The notes below the pieces were generated by a model. The model made no database searches and was not told the origin of the DNA. It worked only from the letters and a program-made list of their open reading frames with translations. A program made the translations under genes and the position numbers. Below, in pieces: positions 17,295 through 26,608 of a stretch of DNA of 64,000 nucleotides (positions within the stretch are counted from its first letter, which is position 1; every line of letters starts with the position of its first letter). The stretch is from an uncultured Erysipelotrichaceae bacterium (lineage in GTDB: Bacteria; Bacillota_I; Bacilli_A; RF39; UBA660): the NCBI GenBank assembly GCA_902779035.1, contig CACZAH010000002.1, positions 16,688 to 80,687 of the forward strand, written 5' to 3'.

Positions 17295-18557
17295 TTACTC
17301 GAGTGCAGATTTTTTTAAGTTAATAACAGGTCTTATTCCTATACCATAATTAATTATACCATCACTTTTACTTATTCTTCCATCAGGATTCATTCTATAT
17401 ACATCATTTATATTATATTGGCTCATCGTCCAATAAGTAGTTCCCACATCATAAACCCACGCTGGAACATCAGAGTTTTTATTATCCGATTCTCCATATC
17501 CTAAATTATTTCTAAGCTCATCTACCGTTATCAATCGTATTTTATAATTCAAATTATCTTCAGCTAAATCCAAAGAATTGATTTTTTCACTTGCCCAAGA
17601 ATCTATAATATATTTAACATCACTTTGATTATAATCTGTAATGCAATTTGTTAATACATATGAATTGTTTACATAACCACATCTATCAGATGAATAATAT
17701 GCTGTCCCACCATATATTCCTTTGGCAAACACTTCTCCAGCTGATCTAAATGTATATTTATTAATATGGCCTACACCATATGTATTTACTTCCTCTATTT
17801 TAAACGGTTCTGCCTTTAATAAAGTTATATAGTCTTGATGTTTATCACTATCAGCTATTACATAATAATTTACATCATTATAAGTAACATAATCACCTAC
17901 TTTATACGGCCTATATACAATTTCTCCATATTTATAATTATTTTCACTATTATCCAATACCATTTCGTTATCGACTGAACACCTAGTTAAATATACTGTG
18001 CCATCATAGTTGATAGATACATCACAACTTACTTCTTTATCTAATGGTGGTAGTTCTAGAGTTGTATAATCACTAGGGTATTCATTATGTTCATCATGAT
18101 ATTTTTTTAAAGCATCTTCTAAATTCTTACCATATGTATCCACATATTCTTGATTTGTCATTTTAAGTATTCCATAATGGTAATAGCCATCTATTTCTTT
18201 ATCATCTTTTACTAATTTACCATTTACCTTACATTCTGACAAGTATATTGAATAATCAGGATTAATTCTACTTGTTTTACATTCTACTTTATTACCTTTA
18301 TATTCTATTTCTAGTTTATCAAAATTATCAGGGTAGGCTAGATGTACTAACTGATAATCAGCCATTGCATATTCTACCGCTCTACCATATCCATCTACAC
18401 TTCTTTTATTTGCAACATCTTTTACTCTTCTAATTGTATTTAAAAGTAATGGTGCGACTATTAATGATATTACTGCAAGAATTACTAGGACTGCCATTAA
18501 TTCAATGAGTGTAAAAGCATTAATTTTCTTTTTTCTTACCTTTTTTATTCTACTCAT
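17295..18557 (-). CDS. Large (420-aa) protein with a type IV prepilin-like N-terminus (class III signal peptide; prepilin peptidase / N-methylation site)
   Basis: MSRIKKVRKKKINA|FTLIELMAVLVILAVISLIVAPLL is a basic leader followed by FTLIELM and a hydrophobic helix. The C-terminal 370 aa has no recognisable motif. The start was chosen at the second ATG, which has an RBS. Confidence 0.6.
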   Translation of the reverse strand: MSRIKKVRKKKINAFTLIELMAVLVILAVISLIVAPLLLNTIRRVKDVANKRSVDGYGRAVEYAMADYQLVHLAYPDNFDKLEIEYKGNKVECKTSRINPDYSIYLSECKVNGKLVKDDKEIDGYYHYGILKMTNQEYVDTYGKNLEDALKKYHDEHNEYPSDYTTLELPPLDKEVSCDVSINYDGTVYLTRCSVDNEMVLDNSENNYKYGEIVYRPYKVGDYVTYNDVNYYVIADSDKHQDYITLLKAEPFKIEEVNTYGVGHINKYTFRSAGEVFAKGIYGGTAYYSSDRCGYVNNSYVLTNCITDYNQSDVKYIIDSWASEKINSLDLAEDNLNYKIRLITVDELRNNLGYGESDNKNSDVPAWVYDVGTTYWTMSQYNINDVYRMNPDGRISKSDGIINYGIGIRPVINLKKSALE

Positions 18558-18641
18558 AATGCATCTACCTTTCATTGATATTATATCATAAAAAATCGTA
18601 TTTAGATATTTTTTTCTTATATTTTTTATTATGATGAGAAA

Positions 18642-19097
18642 ATGATGTTAGGCGATATGATGATTGCTGAACGTTTAAAAGATATTAGAATAGAAAATGA
18701 TTTAACACAAACTCAAATAGCTAAAATACTTAATACTACTCAAAATAGTTATAACAGATGGGAGAATAATGTTGAATTAATTAGTTTAAAGAAATTAACT
18801 AGGGTGTGCAACTACTTTAATACAAGTATGGATTACTTAGTTGGTATAACCCGAAATAATATAGGTAATGGCAAACACGATTTTAATTATAGTATTGTTG
18901 GAAATAATATTAAAATTTTTAGAAAAGATAATAAATTAAGCCAGAAAGATCTAGCAACTCTTCTTAATACATCACAATCTACAATAAGTGCTTATGAAGC
19001 AGGTAAAACTATAATTCTCACTGCATTTGCATTAGAAATAGTTAAGAAATATAACATCTCTTTAGATTGGTTATTTGGAAGAAAAGAAAAAAGTTAA
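18642..19097 (+). CDS. XRE-family transcriptional regulator with two tandem HTH_XRE domains
   Basis: Two copies of the pattern L..R..LTQ..IA..L....S.Y..WE.G... (residues 8-65 and 85-145). Confidence 0.7.
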   Translation: MMLGDMMIAERLKDIRIENDLTQTQIAKILNTTQNSYNRWENNVELISLKKLTRVCNYFNTSMDYLVGITRNNIGNGKHDFNYSIVGNNIKIFRKDNKLSQKDLATLLNTSQSTISAYEAGKTIILTAFALEIVKKYNISLDWLFGRKEKS

Positions 19098-19117
19098 GAA
19101 AAACTTAACTCTAACAA

Positions 19118-20144
19118 CTACATATGTTCTTTTTTACTAAACTCAATTAATTCATCAAAATCAGATAAATAGTTTTGATCTTGTCTTATTCGATATTTTT
19201 CATATTCAGATAACGCAAGTGTATCGGCTATTTCTCTTTTTATCTTTTCATTATCTTTTAAAATATTGTACTCATTCAGTTTTAAAAACAATTCTAATTT
19301 TTCTTTCCATTCCTTCATCGAAATAATATGACCTAATTTAACTTGTCTTTCAGCATAATCCAAATACATTGATACTAAATTATTCAATTCAGTTATTTCT
19401 TCTTTATATAAGTAGTTTTTAGCAACAACTACATCACTTTCTAATATTTTACCTTTAGGTGCATTCTTCCAAGTTTGCAAACCCATATTATCTTTTTTTT
19501 TGAATCTACTCTATTATAAATATTTCAGGAGCATTCATTCCAGTTATAGCAAAATAAAGCTTATTCTGTACATTTTTATAAAACTCTATAGTCGTTTCAC
19601 TATTTTTATCATAGTCATAGCTACATTCTTTATATATGTCGGTAATTTTTTGATAGAATCTTCTTTCACTTGCTCTTATTTCTTTTATTTTTAATAGCAA
19701 TTCATCAAAATAGTCTTTACCAAATTTTGGACCATTTTTTAACAGTTCAGAATTTACTACAAAACCTTTTTTTATATACTCCTTTAATGTATTAGTTGTC
19801 CAAATTCTAAACTGTGTAGCTTCAAAACTATTAACTCTATAGCCAACTGCGATTATCGCATCTAAACTATAAAAACTAGTATTATACTTTTTTCCATCAT
19901 TAGCAGTTATTCGAATTTTTCGAATAACTGAATCTTCCTCTAATTCTCCACTATTAAATATCTCTTTTAAATGATAGTTTATAGTATTAACCTTAACTGA
20001 AAATAATTCAGCCATAGTTTTTTGAGTTAGCCAAAAATCTTCACTATCATATAGAACTTCTATGATTTTACTTCCTGTTTCATTTTGATATAAAACTATA
20101 CTATTTAAATTAGAAACTTTATTCATATCATACACCTCAAACAT
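19118..20144 (-). pseudogene. RhuM-family (Virulence_RhuM) gene split into two ORFs (19506-20144 and 19118-19486) by a frameshift in an A9/T9 homopolymer tract at 19493-19501
   Basis: The N-terminal ORF carries YSLDAIIAVGYRVNSFEATQFRIWTTNTLKEYI, the hallmark RhuM motif. The adjacent out-of-frame ORF reads like the RhuM C-terminal region. The junction coincides with a 9-nt homopolymer. Confidence 0.6.
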
Positions 20145-20208
20145 TTAATTCAATTTACTTTAAATAGAAACATTTTATATTTATTACATTTTTAACGTAA
20201 AAAGAACA

Positions 20209-20241
20209 AAAGGAACTCCTCGATTATCTTGGAGTTCCTTT
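20209..20241 (-). terminator. Intrinsic terminator of the tRNA cluster (AAAGGAACTCC-N11-GGAGTTCCTTT + T-run on the minus strand)
   Basis: An 11-bp perfect inverted repeat. On the minus strand it is followed by TTTTGTTCTTTTT. Confidence 0.7.
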
Positions 20242-20253
20242 AATTTTCAAAAT

Positions 20254-20328
20254 GGTGTCTCGCAGGCGATTCGAACGCCTGACCCTTTGATTAAAAGTCA
20301 AATGCTCTACCTACTGAGCTAGCGAGAC
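20254..20328 (-). tRNA. tRNA-Lys (anticodon UUU), CCA encoded
   Basis: The cloverleaf was folded manually. The anticodon loop is CTTTTAA and the acceptor stem GCGAGAC/GTCTCGC. Confidence 0.8.
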
Positions 20329-20345
20329 ATATAATTAAAACAAGA

Positions 20346-20420
20346 TGGCTGCCTCGGCTAGATTCGAACTAGCGCATGCCACAGTCAAAGTGTGGTGCCT
20401 TACCGCTTGGCTACGAGGCA
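20346..20420 (-). tRNA. tRNA-Gln (anticodon UUG), CCA encoded
   Basis: The anticodon loop CTTTGAC is flanked by the stem CCACA/TGTGG. The 3' end is GCCACCA. Confidence 0.75.
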
Positions 20421-20433
20421 ATAACCTTATAAG

Positions 20434-20518
20434 TGGTGGAGGGAGATGGATTTGAACCATCGAACCCGAAGGAACAGATTTACAGTCTGCCGCGTTTGGC
20501 CACTTCGCTATCCTTCCA
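20434..20518 (-). tRNA. tRNA-Tyr (anticodon GUA), long variable arm, CCA encoded
   Basis: 85 nt long. Anticodon loop CTGTAAA; a GGTTCAAATCC T-arm. Confidence 0.75.
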
Positions 20519-20523
20519 TAAAA

Positions 20524-20600
<77 letters not shown>

Positions 20601-20620
20601 ATAATAATAAAAAAATAAAA

Positions 20621-20697
20621 TGGTGGGCGATATAGGACTCGAACCTATGACCCCTTGCTTGTAAGGCAAGTGCTCTAACCAACTGAGCTAATCGCCC
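20621..20697 (-). tRNA. tRNA-Val (anticodon UAC), CCA encoded
   Basis: Anticodon loop CTTACAA with the stem CTTGC/GCAAG. GGTTCGAGTCC T-arm. Confidence 0.75.
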
Positions 20698-20757
20698 GAA
20701 AACATTTGGACGTATTTAACTATACCATGTAAAAGGTGGTTTGTCAATAAGTAATAT

Positions 20758-21114
20758 TCATTTTTTCATATTTTTTAGACTATTTTCTATCCAAATTGGC
20801 AAATGATACGCAAGTGTTTTAAATCCTAGTGGTGTTTCCTGTATTTTCTTTCTTCTAATCTTTTTTATATTTTTATAATCTATATCTTTAATACTTAATC
20901 TTAAATGACCTAATTCATTATCTACATCAAGTATTTTAACACATATTACATCGCCAATTTTAACAAAGTCATTAATATCTTTAACATAATCATTAGATAT
21001 TTCTGATATATGTATTAATCCTGTAAAGTATTCATCAAGCGTTACAAAAACACCATAATTTTCAATGCCTGTAACTGTTGCTTTTACTATATTATTTCTT
21101 CTATATTTGGACAT
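20758..21114 (-). CDS. S1 RNA-binding domain protein (general stress protein 13 / YugI-like)
   Basis: The single S1 domain pattern G.IV.G.V..I..YGVFV.L....GLIHISEIS..YV.D....V..GD.I.VK is present. Confidence 0.7.
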   Translation of the reverse strand: MSKYRRNNIVKATVTGIENYGVFVTLDEYFTGLIHISEISNDYVKDINDFVKIGDVICVKILDVDNELGHLRLSIKDIDYKNIKKIRRKKIQETPLGFKTLAYHLPIWIENSLKNMKK

Positions 21115-21163
21115 TTACACCACCAAAAACGATTATAACACATATTTTTCAATAAAAAAAGAC

Positions 21164-21192
21164 TTTACAAAATATATCAACTGAATTATAAT
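21164..21192 (+). promoter_or_regulatory. Promoter for the nifU-like gene (TTTACA-N17-TATAAT)
   Basis: The hexamers and spacing were read directly. The 17-nt gap to the start carries GGTGAT as RBS. Confidence 0.5.
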
Positions 21193-21208
21193 AACTCTTG
21201 GTGATTCG

Positions 21209-21439
21209 ATGAAAAAAGAAACAGAAAAAATTATAGAAATTATTAATAAATTAAAGCCATTTTTAATTAATGATGGAGGAAATATTGAGTTTGTTAAATA
21301 TGAAGATGGAATAGTCTATATTAAAATGCTTGGAGCATGCGCTAATTGTCAAATGTTAGATCTAACTTTAAAAGAAGGAATTGAAGCCGCAATAATGAGC
21401 GAGGTTGAAGGAGTTAGGGGAGTTATCAACATTGCTTAA
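21209..21439 (+). CDS. NifU-like (Nfu-type) Fe-S cluster assembly domain protein
   Basis: The canonical Nfu C-terminal-domain pattern I.....P.L..DGG.IE.V......V.I...GAC..C.....TLK.GIE is present. Confidence 0.8.
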   Translation: MKKETEKIIEIINKLKPFLINDGGNIEFVKYEDGIVYIKMLGACANCQMLDLTLKEGIEAAIMSEVEGVRGVINIA

Positions 21440-21469
21440 ATTACTTATCAACACTATGTGTTGATATTT

Positions 21470-22345
21470 TTATGCTTTTATTAACCATTCTATCTCTGGT
21501 ATTTTATATTTTAATTTTATATAATCATATACTTCACTTAAAAATTCTTCATAATCATTTACCTTGTTTGTAATGATACTTATCTTATTATCGCTTATTT
21601 TATCTTGAACTATCTCATCATATATATCAAAATAGTATGAAGGATATAAAAGTCTAGAGATAAAAAGTATTGCTTCATCATTAGTTAATTTCATATAATC
21701 TATATAGTTTTTAACATTAATAATAGGATTTTCTACATAGAAGAATTGTTCTTTAAAGTATTCAGCTATATCTCTTACTTTTACATCAATAATCATATTT
21801 ATTGGATTATAAAAATACGTGGTAGTAATATTCTTATTCATTCTATTATGTTCTATATAACTATCAAACATTTTATTACTTACTGTATCAACTAACATAA
21901 TTGCACTCTCAGTCATACCACTATAATAATGAAATGATTTATATAGATTTGGATACTTCTTTCTATATTGATTCATTTGATACTCATAATAATCTATTTT
22001 ACTCATCCACAGTTCTTTCCAATGACACTTGCCTTTATCTAATAATATATTATAGCTTATAATATCTGTATAATTAATTTTACTTACTACAGAGTATACT
22101 TTAATTAATATGTAATTAGTATTATCAATATTTGTAATGTAACTATTGTCTTTATTTATTATTATTTCATGACAATATATATTATGTTTAATAAGATAAT
22201 CATAGATATTACTGAGCATATTTATATTACCACTATACTTAACTAGATAATATAAATTATTATCAACAAGTATTTTATAATTATCAATACTCTTTATAAT
22301 ATCATCTGAATATATATTATAGTAATATCTAATTGCATTACGCAT
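21470..22345 (-). CDS. Hypothetical protein (Asn/Tyr/Ile-rich). Weak CotS/phosphotransferase-fold flavour but no catalytic motifs
   Basis: An intact 291-aa ORF with a plausible start. No recognisable motif. Confidence 0.3.
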   Translation of the reverse strand: MRNAIRYYYNIYSDDIIKSIDNYKILVDNNLYYLVKYSGNINMLSNIYDYLIKHNIYCHEIIINKDNSYITNIDNTNYILIKVYSVVSKINYTDIISYNILLDKGKCHWKELWMSKIDYYEYQMNQYRKKYPNLYKSFHYYSGMTESAIMLVDTVSNKMFDSYIEHNRMNKNITTTYFYNPINMIIDVKVRDIAEYFKEQFFYVENPIINVKNYIDYMKLTNDEAILFISRLLYPSYYFDIYDEIVQDKISDNKISIITNKVNDYEEFLSEVYDYIKLKYKIPEIEWLIKA

Positions 22346-22393
22346 AATTCACCTTCTAACTAAAAAACTAATAGTGTTTTACAGCTATTAGTT

Positions 22394-22930
22394 TTAATTT
22401 ACTATATCTTTAATTAGTTCTATTTTCTTATTTAGTTCTTCTATCTTTTGTTTTAATAACTCATTTTCTTTAATTAAATCATCATAGTTATTTGTTGTTA
22501 CATTAGTATTATTCACTTCGTTATTACTATTATTAAATATCTTATTTGATATATCTACTCCTAATTTAAATGTTCTATTATCTTTTATTTTTAAATTATT
22601 AAGCATAGATAAATCTAAGTATCTAACCGCACCATTAGTATTAGACTCAATATCATTTACAATATTAGTAATGTCAATCTTAACTAAGTTATATTCATTT
22701 TCATCATTTATTCTAAGCCCAATTAAATATCCTGTTGGAGCAGGGCCAGATATACCATTAGTAACTTCTTGTAATATTTTTACTACATAGAAAATCACAT
22801 GGTTATTATTATCTTGCTCTCCTTTAGAATATATAAAGTAGTAGTTATTATTACTAATATAGTATATGCCATATACATTAATTTTATTTCCATTAATATC
22901 TACAATATCTATCTTATTCACACTATTCAC
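22394..22930 (-). CDS. Hypothetical protein with a C-terminal coiled coil
   Basis: A 178-aa ORF. The C-terminus DDLIKENELLKQKIEELNKKIELIKDIVN is coiled-coil-like. Confidence 0.3.
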   Translation of the reverse strand: MNSVNKIDIVDINGNKINVYGIYYISNNNYYFIYSKGEQDNNNHVIFYVVKILQEVTNGISGPAPTGYLIGLRINDENEYNLVKIDITNIVNDIESNTNGAVRYLDLSMLNNLKIKDNRTFKLGVDISNKIFNNSNNEVNNTNVTTNNYDDLIKENELLKQKIEELNKKIELIKDIVN

Positions 22931-23005
22931 CCCAATTAATTATTTATTATTATCTAATTTAACTATTTCCATTATAAGATTTTTTATACATTTTTACAAG
23001 TATTT

Positions 23006-23746
23006 TTAATAATAAACATCATTTAGGTAAAGTCCACATGCAGGCGCACATACTCCTGATGCAGTTCTATCTTCTTTTTTAATTATATCTATTACATCAG
23101 AACTTTTTACTTTACCTTCACCAACTTCAATAAGTAATCCTACTATATTTCTTACCATATATCTTAAGAAACCATTACCTAGTAATGATATAACTATTCT
23201 ATTAACATTCTTAGGATCACGCTCTAAAGTTGCTTGAATAATAGTTCTTACATAGTCATCTTTCTCGTCATTTGGTTTAGTAAATGATTTAAAGTTATGA
23301 GTTCCTTCTAGATATTTTAGTGCTCGCTCCATCTCTGGTATATCTAATCTTTTATTAAGTTGATATACATAGTTTCTCTCTATAGGATTATATCCATCTA
23401 AATTAATTTTATATATATATTCTTTTGCTTTCACATTAAATCTAGCATGGAAATCATCTGCAACAGTAGTAATACCACGAATATAAATATCATCAGGAAG
23501 CAAACTATTTAGACTGTATTTTAACTTAGATAAGTCCATTTCTTTATCTAGATCAAAATGTGCTTTTTGATTATAAGCATGAACTCCAGCATCAGTTCTA
23601 CCCGATGCGTGTATAGATACACTTATATCCCCATTAATTTTAGTTAAGGCTTTTTCTATTTCTCCTTGAATAGTTCTTTCTTTAATCTGTTTTTGATAAC
23701 CAGAAAATGCAGAACCATCATAAGAAAATGTCATAAAATATCTCAC
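23006..23746 (-). CDS. truA: tRNA pseudouridine(38-40) synthase
   Basis: MRYFMTFSYDGSAFSGYQKQ..., the catalytic-Asp motif HASGRTDAGVHA, and a length of ~245 aa. Confidence 0.9.
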   Translation of the reverse strand: MRYFMTFSYDGSAFSGYQKQIKERTIQGEIEKALTKINGDISVSIHASGRTDAGVHAYNQKAHFDLDKEMDLSKLKYSLNSLLPDDIYIRGITTVADDFHARFNVKAKEYIYKINLDGYNPIERNYVYQLNKRLDIPEMERALKYLEGTHNFKSFTKPNDEKDDYVRTIIQATLERDPKNVNRIVISLLGNGFLRYMVRNIVGLLIEVGEGKVKSSDVIDIIKKEDRTASGVCAPACGLYLNDVYY

Positions 23747-24576
23747 TTTTTACCACCAGACTTCTTCTCTACATAATAGTAGATATCTTTTATTAAATCA
23801 TTAACATTATCCCTATATTCTAATTTAATCTTTGTCTTATGTTCAAACAACTTTTGAAACTTAATTATATCAGGAATACTAATATTAGTATTTTTAAGTT
23901 TACTACTAGTAAGCACATCATACTTATTACCATGTATTAGTATCTTATCATTGTTTATTACATATATATAATCAGCTACTCTAAGTATAAACTCTGTATC
24001 ATTACTAAGTATTACAATTGTTTTATTATACTTAAGCTTCATCATTTTAATTAGTTTATATAGGTTATCTTTCTTACTTTCATCTAGAAAACAAGTAGGA
24101 TCATCTAATACTAATACTTTAGGATTAATAGATAGAGTAGTTGCAAGAGCGACCTTAAACCTTTCTGAATCACTCAGTGTTTTAATCTTTCTATTTATAA
24201 AACTACTATCTAAACCTACCATTTTAAGAGAATCAATAATTCTTTTTTTAGATTTTTTATAGTTATATACGCTAAGCTGATAAGCCATATGTTCTTCTAC
24301 AGTACGTTCAAAAAAAGTAATATCTGTATTTTGAATAACATAACCAATATCAAATCTAAGACGATTATAATCTACATCTTGTCTTTTTAAATCAAGTACA
24401 TTCTTATCTATTATGAACTTACCACTATCAGGCTTTCTTAAAGTAGATAATACCTCACCAATTATACTTTTACCACTAGCATTATCTCCAATAATAGCAG
24501 TTACTTTAGCATCAAAGATACACATATTAAGCTTCTTAAAATTACCTACACTAATATCACTTAATACTATTTCCAT
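23743..24576 (-). CDS. EcfA-like ABC-transporter ATP-binding protein, degenerate (signature LSDSE, Walker B VLVLDD without Glu)
   Basis: Walker A GDNASGKS. ~277 aa. Sits in the ecfA-ecfA'-(ecfT)-truA position, with a 4-nt overlap with truA. Confidence 0.6.
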   Translation of the reverse strand: MEIVLSDISVGNFKKLNMCIFDAKVTAIIGDNASGKSIIGEVLSTLRKPDSGKFIIDKNVLDLKRQDVDYNRLRFDIGYVIQNTDITFFERTVEEHMAYQLSVYNYKKSKKRIIDSLKMVGLDSSFINRKIKTLSDSERFKVALATTLSINPKVLVLDDPTCFLDESKKDNLYKLIKMMKLKYNKTIVILSNDTEFILRVADYIYVINNDKILIHGNKYDVLTSSKLKNTNISIPDIIKFQKLFEHKTKIKLEYRDNVNDLIKDIYYYVEKKSGGKK

Positions 24577-25319
24577 ATCTCATCCACCAACGATTCTATA
24601 TCTTTAATATTTTTATCTATAAGTCCGTAATATTTTAGTTTATTAGTTATATCTAATAAGAAAGGTAATTTTAAGTGATTTTCTTCAAATATTTTATTAT
24701 CACTAATTACTTCTTTTGTCTTCTTATTAAACACTAACTTTTTATCTACTAGTATTGTATAGTCAGAACCTATTATCTCACTTACATCTGATGCAAAATT
24801 AATAATAGTTACTTTCTTCTTTTTTAATTTATTAAAATAACTTAATACTTTCTCTTTTAGATTTCTATTCATTCTACATAATGCATTATCAAGAAGTAAG
24901 ATATCTAAATCAAGAACCATTATCGAACATAATACTACTAACTGCTTTTCCCCTAAACTAAGTTTATAAGGATCTTTATCAAGAATACTATCTAGATTAA
25001 AATAGGATACAATCGCTTTAATACGACTACTAATTACTCTTTTACTATAATTATTCATCTCCATAAAGAACTTAAGTTGTTTATCTACAGTACGTCCTAC
25101 AATCTGTTTATCAGGATTAGTAACTACATAGTTTATATTACCATTTACTTTAATACTTTTATTTCCTTTTATAATAGTATTGAATAAGGTAGTCTTACCA
25201 CTAGAAGATGGCCCTATTATAGTAGTATACACACCACTATTAATTACTAGGTTTAATTTATCATATATAACTGTGTTTTCTCTTTTCAATATCAAATTCT
25301 TAATTTCAACCTTATTCAT
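24567..25319 (-). CDS. EcfA-like ABC-transporter ATP-binding protein, degenerate (signature LSLGE, Walker B LLLDN without Glu)
   Basis: Walker A GPSSSGKTT. The start was chosen at MNKVEIKNL, which has an AGGTGG RBS. It overlaps the downstream ATPase gene by 10 nt. Confidence 0.6.
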   Translation of the reverse strand: MNKVEIKNLILKRENTVIYDKLNLVINSGVYTTIIGPSSSGKTTLFNTIIKGNKSIKVNGNINYVVTNPDKQIVGRTVDKQLKFFMEMNNYSKRVISSRIKAIVSYFNLDSILDKDPYKLSLGEKQLVVLCSIMVLDLDILLLDNALCRMNRNLKEKVLSYFNKLKKKKVTIINFASDVSEIIGSDYTILVDKKLVFNKKTKEVISDNKIFEENHLKLPFLLDITNKLKYYGLIDKNIKDIESLVDEIWK

Positions 25320-25611
25320 AGTTACCACCTTTCTCATTATTATAATATATAAATAAGTGATTGTAAACAAATTTTGACATAATTTAATAAGGTAATCATT
25401 GGTAAACACTACAAAAAATTAAAAATAAAAAGATATAAATTATCCTTATATCTTCTCAATTTCTTGCATAGTTAATCCTGTAATTTGTGCAATATCTTCT
25501 AATTTATAATTTTCTTTTTTCATATGACGCTTTTTCATCGTTTTCAAGAATACGACCATTATACCAATCAACAATTAAAACCATTTTTCTACTCATTATA
25601 TCTTCTTAGTT

Positions 25612-25824
25612 TTATTTATTATCAATCATATTATTATCTTCACTATACCGATAATTCAATGAATTATTGCTACTAACAACACTTTTACCTAATTCGCGTT
25701 CTAAGTCATCTTTTGTATTCTTAGCAATTCCACCACCACGTTTTGCAATGATTTTATATAAAAAGAAAGACTTTTTATATCTTTCTATCCTTCTTTTTAG
25801 ATAACACTTTAGCCCTTTCTTCAA
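25612..25824 (-). CDS. Small basic hypothetical protein (70 aa); may be spurious
   Basis: An ORF only. It overlaps the 5' end of 25775-26515 out of frame by 50 nt. No motif. Confidence 0.2.
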   Translation of the reverse strand: MKKGLKCYLKRRIERYKKSFFLYKIIAKRGGGIAKNTKDDLERELGKSVVSSNNSLNYRYSEDNNMIDNK

Positions 25825-26515
25825 AATATTCCTTTACTAGACTTATATCTTTTTCATCGTATCTTTTAGATAATTTATTCTCTAATATTCCCTTATTGTA
25901 ATATCTCATATATCTATTTTCATTAGAGCCAAGCATATTAAATAAAGATTTATAATGTTCTAACCAATCTAAGGCTATATCTGGTCTTAACAGTTCCCTT
26001 TTTATATCATTTAAATTAGAAGAATTGTTCTTACTAACATTCTTTGTATTGTTTAAATCCTGCAATTTTTCTTTTGCTCCTTTAAGAATGTCTTCCATTG
26101 CATAAAGTTCTGCCTGTTTTCCTTTATATTCTTTTATATTAACACTATTTCCTAAATTAGAAACTAAAGTATATAATGATGATACCATAACCATTCCAGC
26201 TGTACCGTAAATAATAAAAAATGATTTTAAATTATTATCATCGCCAACAACCAAAGGTGATACTAAATAACACACTCCACCTGCTGCAACCGGCATATAT
26301 ACCGGCATTAAATTAATCCATAAATTATTCTTATTATCTGGCTGATGATTATTTAACCATTTTTGTAACTTTATAATTTCCCCTTCAACTAGTTCAATTA
26401 CATTTTCAATAGATAATATTTCATAAATATTATCAGTATAATCTACAGTTCTTTCGTGTCCTAACTCATCAACTACTTTTACTATCTCATAATTGTGATA
26501 AAACTCGTAATTCAT
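25775..26515 (-). CDS. Hypothetical membrane protein (two central TM helices flanked by coiled coils), divergent from the ger operon
   Basis: Start at MNYEFYHNY, which has a GGAGGAG RBS. The TM region is LMPVYMPVAAGGVCYLVSPLVVG...FFIIYGTAGMVMVSSLYTLV. Confidence 0.4.
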   Translation of the reverse strand: MNYEFYHNYEIVKVVDELGHERTVDYTDNIYEILSIENVIELVEGEIIKLQKWLNNHQPDNKNNLWINLMPVYMPVAAGGVCYLVSPLVVGDDNNLKSFFIIYGTAGMVMVSSLYTLVSNLGNSVNIKEYKGKQAELYAMEDILKGAKEKLQDLNNTKNVSKNNSSNLNDIKRELLRPDIALDWLEHYKSLFNMLGSNENRYMRYYNKGILENKLSKRYDEKDISLVKEYFEERAKVLSKKKDRKI

Positions 26516-26608
26516 AATACTCCTCCAATTGCTTATATTATAAAATAAATTCAAGCAATAATCAATTATAAAATTACTAAAATTGGCAATGATAATATAG
26601 GTGATACT

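Noticed and set aside
21470-22345. CotS-family spore-coat kinase assignment for the 291-aa N/Y-rich protein
   Set aside because: Only a vague kinase-like pattern (IEHNRMNKN, IDVKVRD), with the catalytic HxD replaced. It is left as hypothetical.
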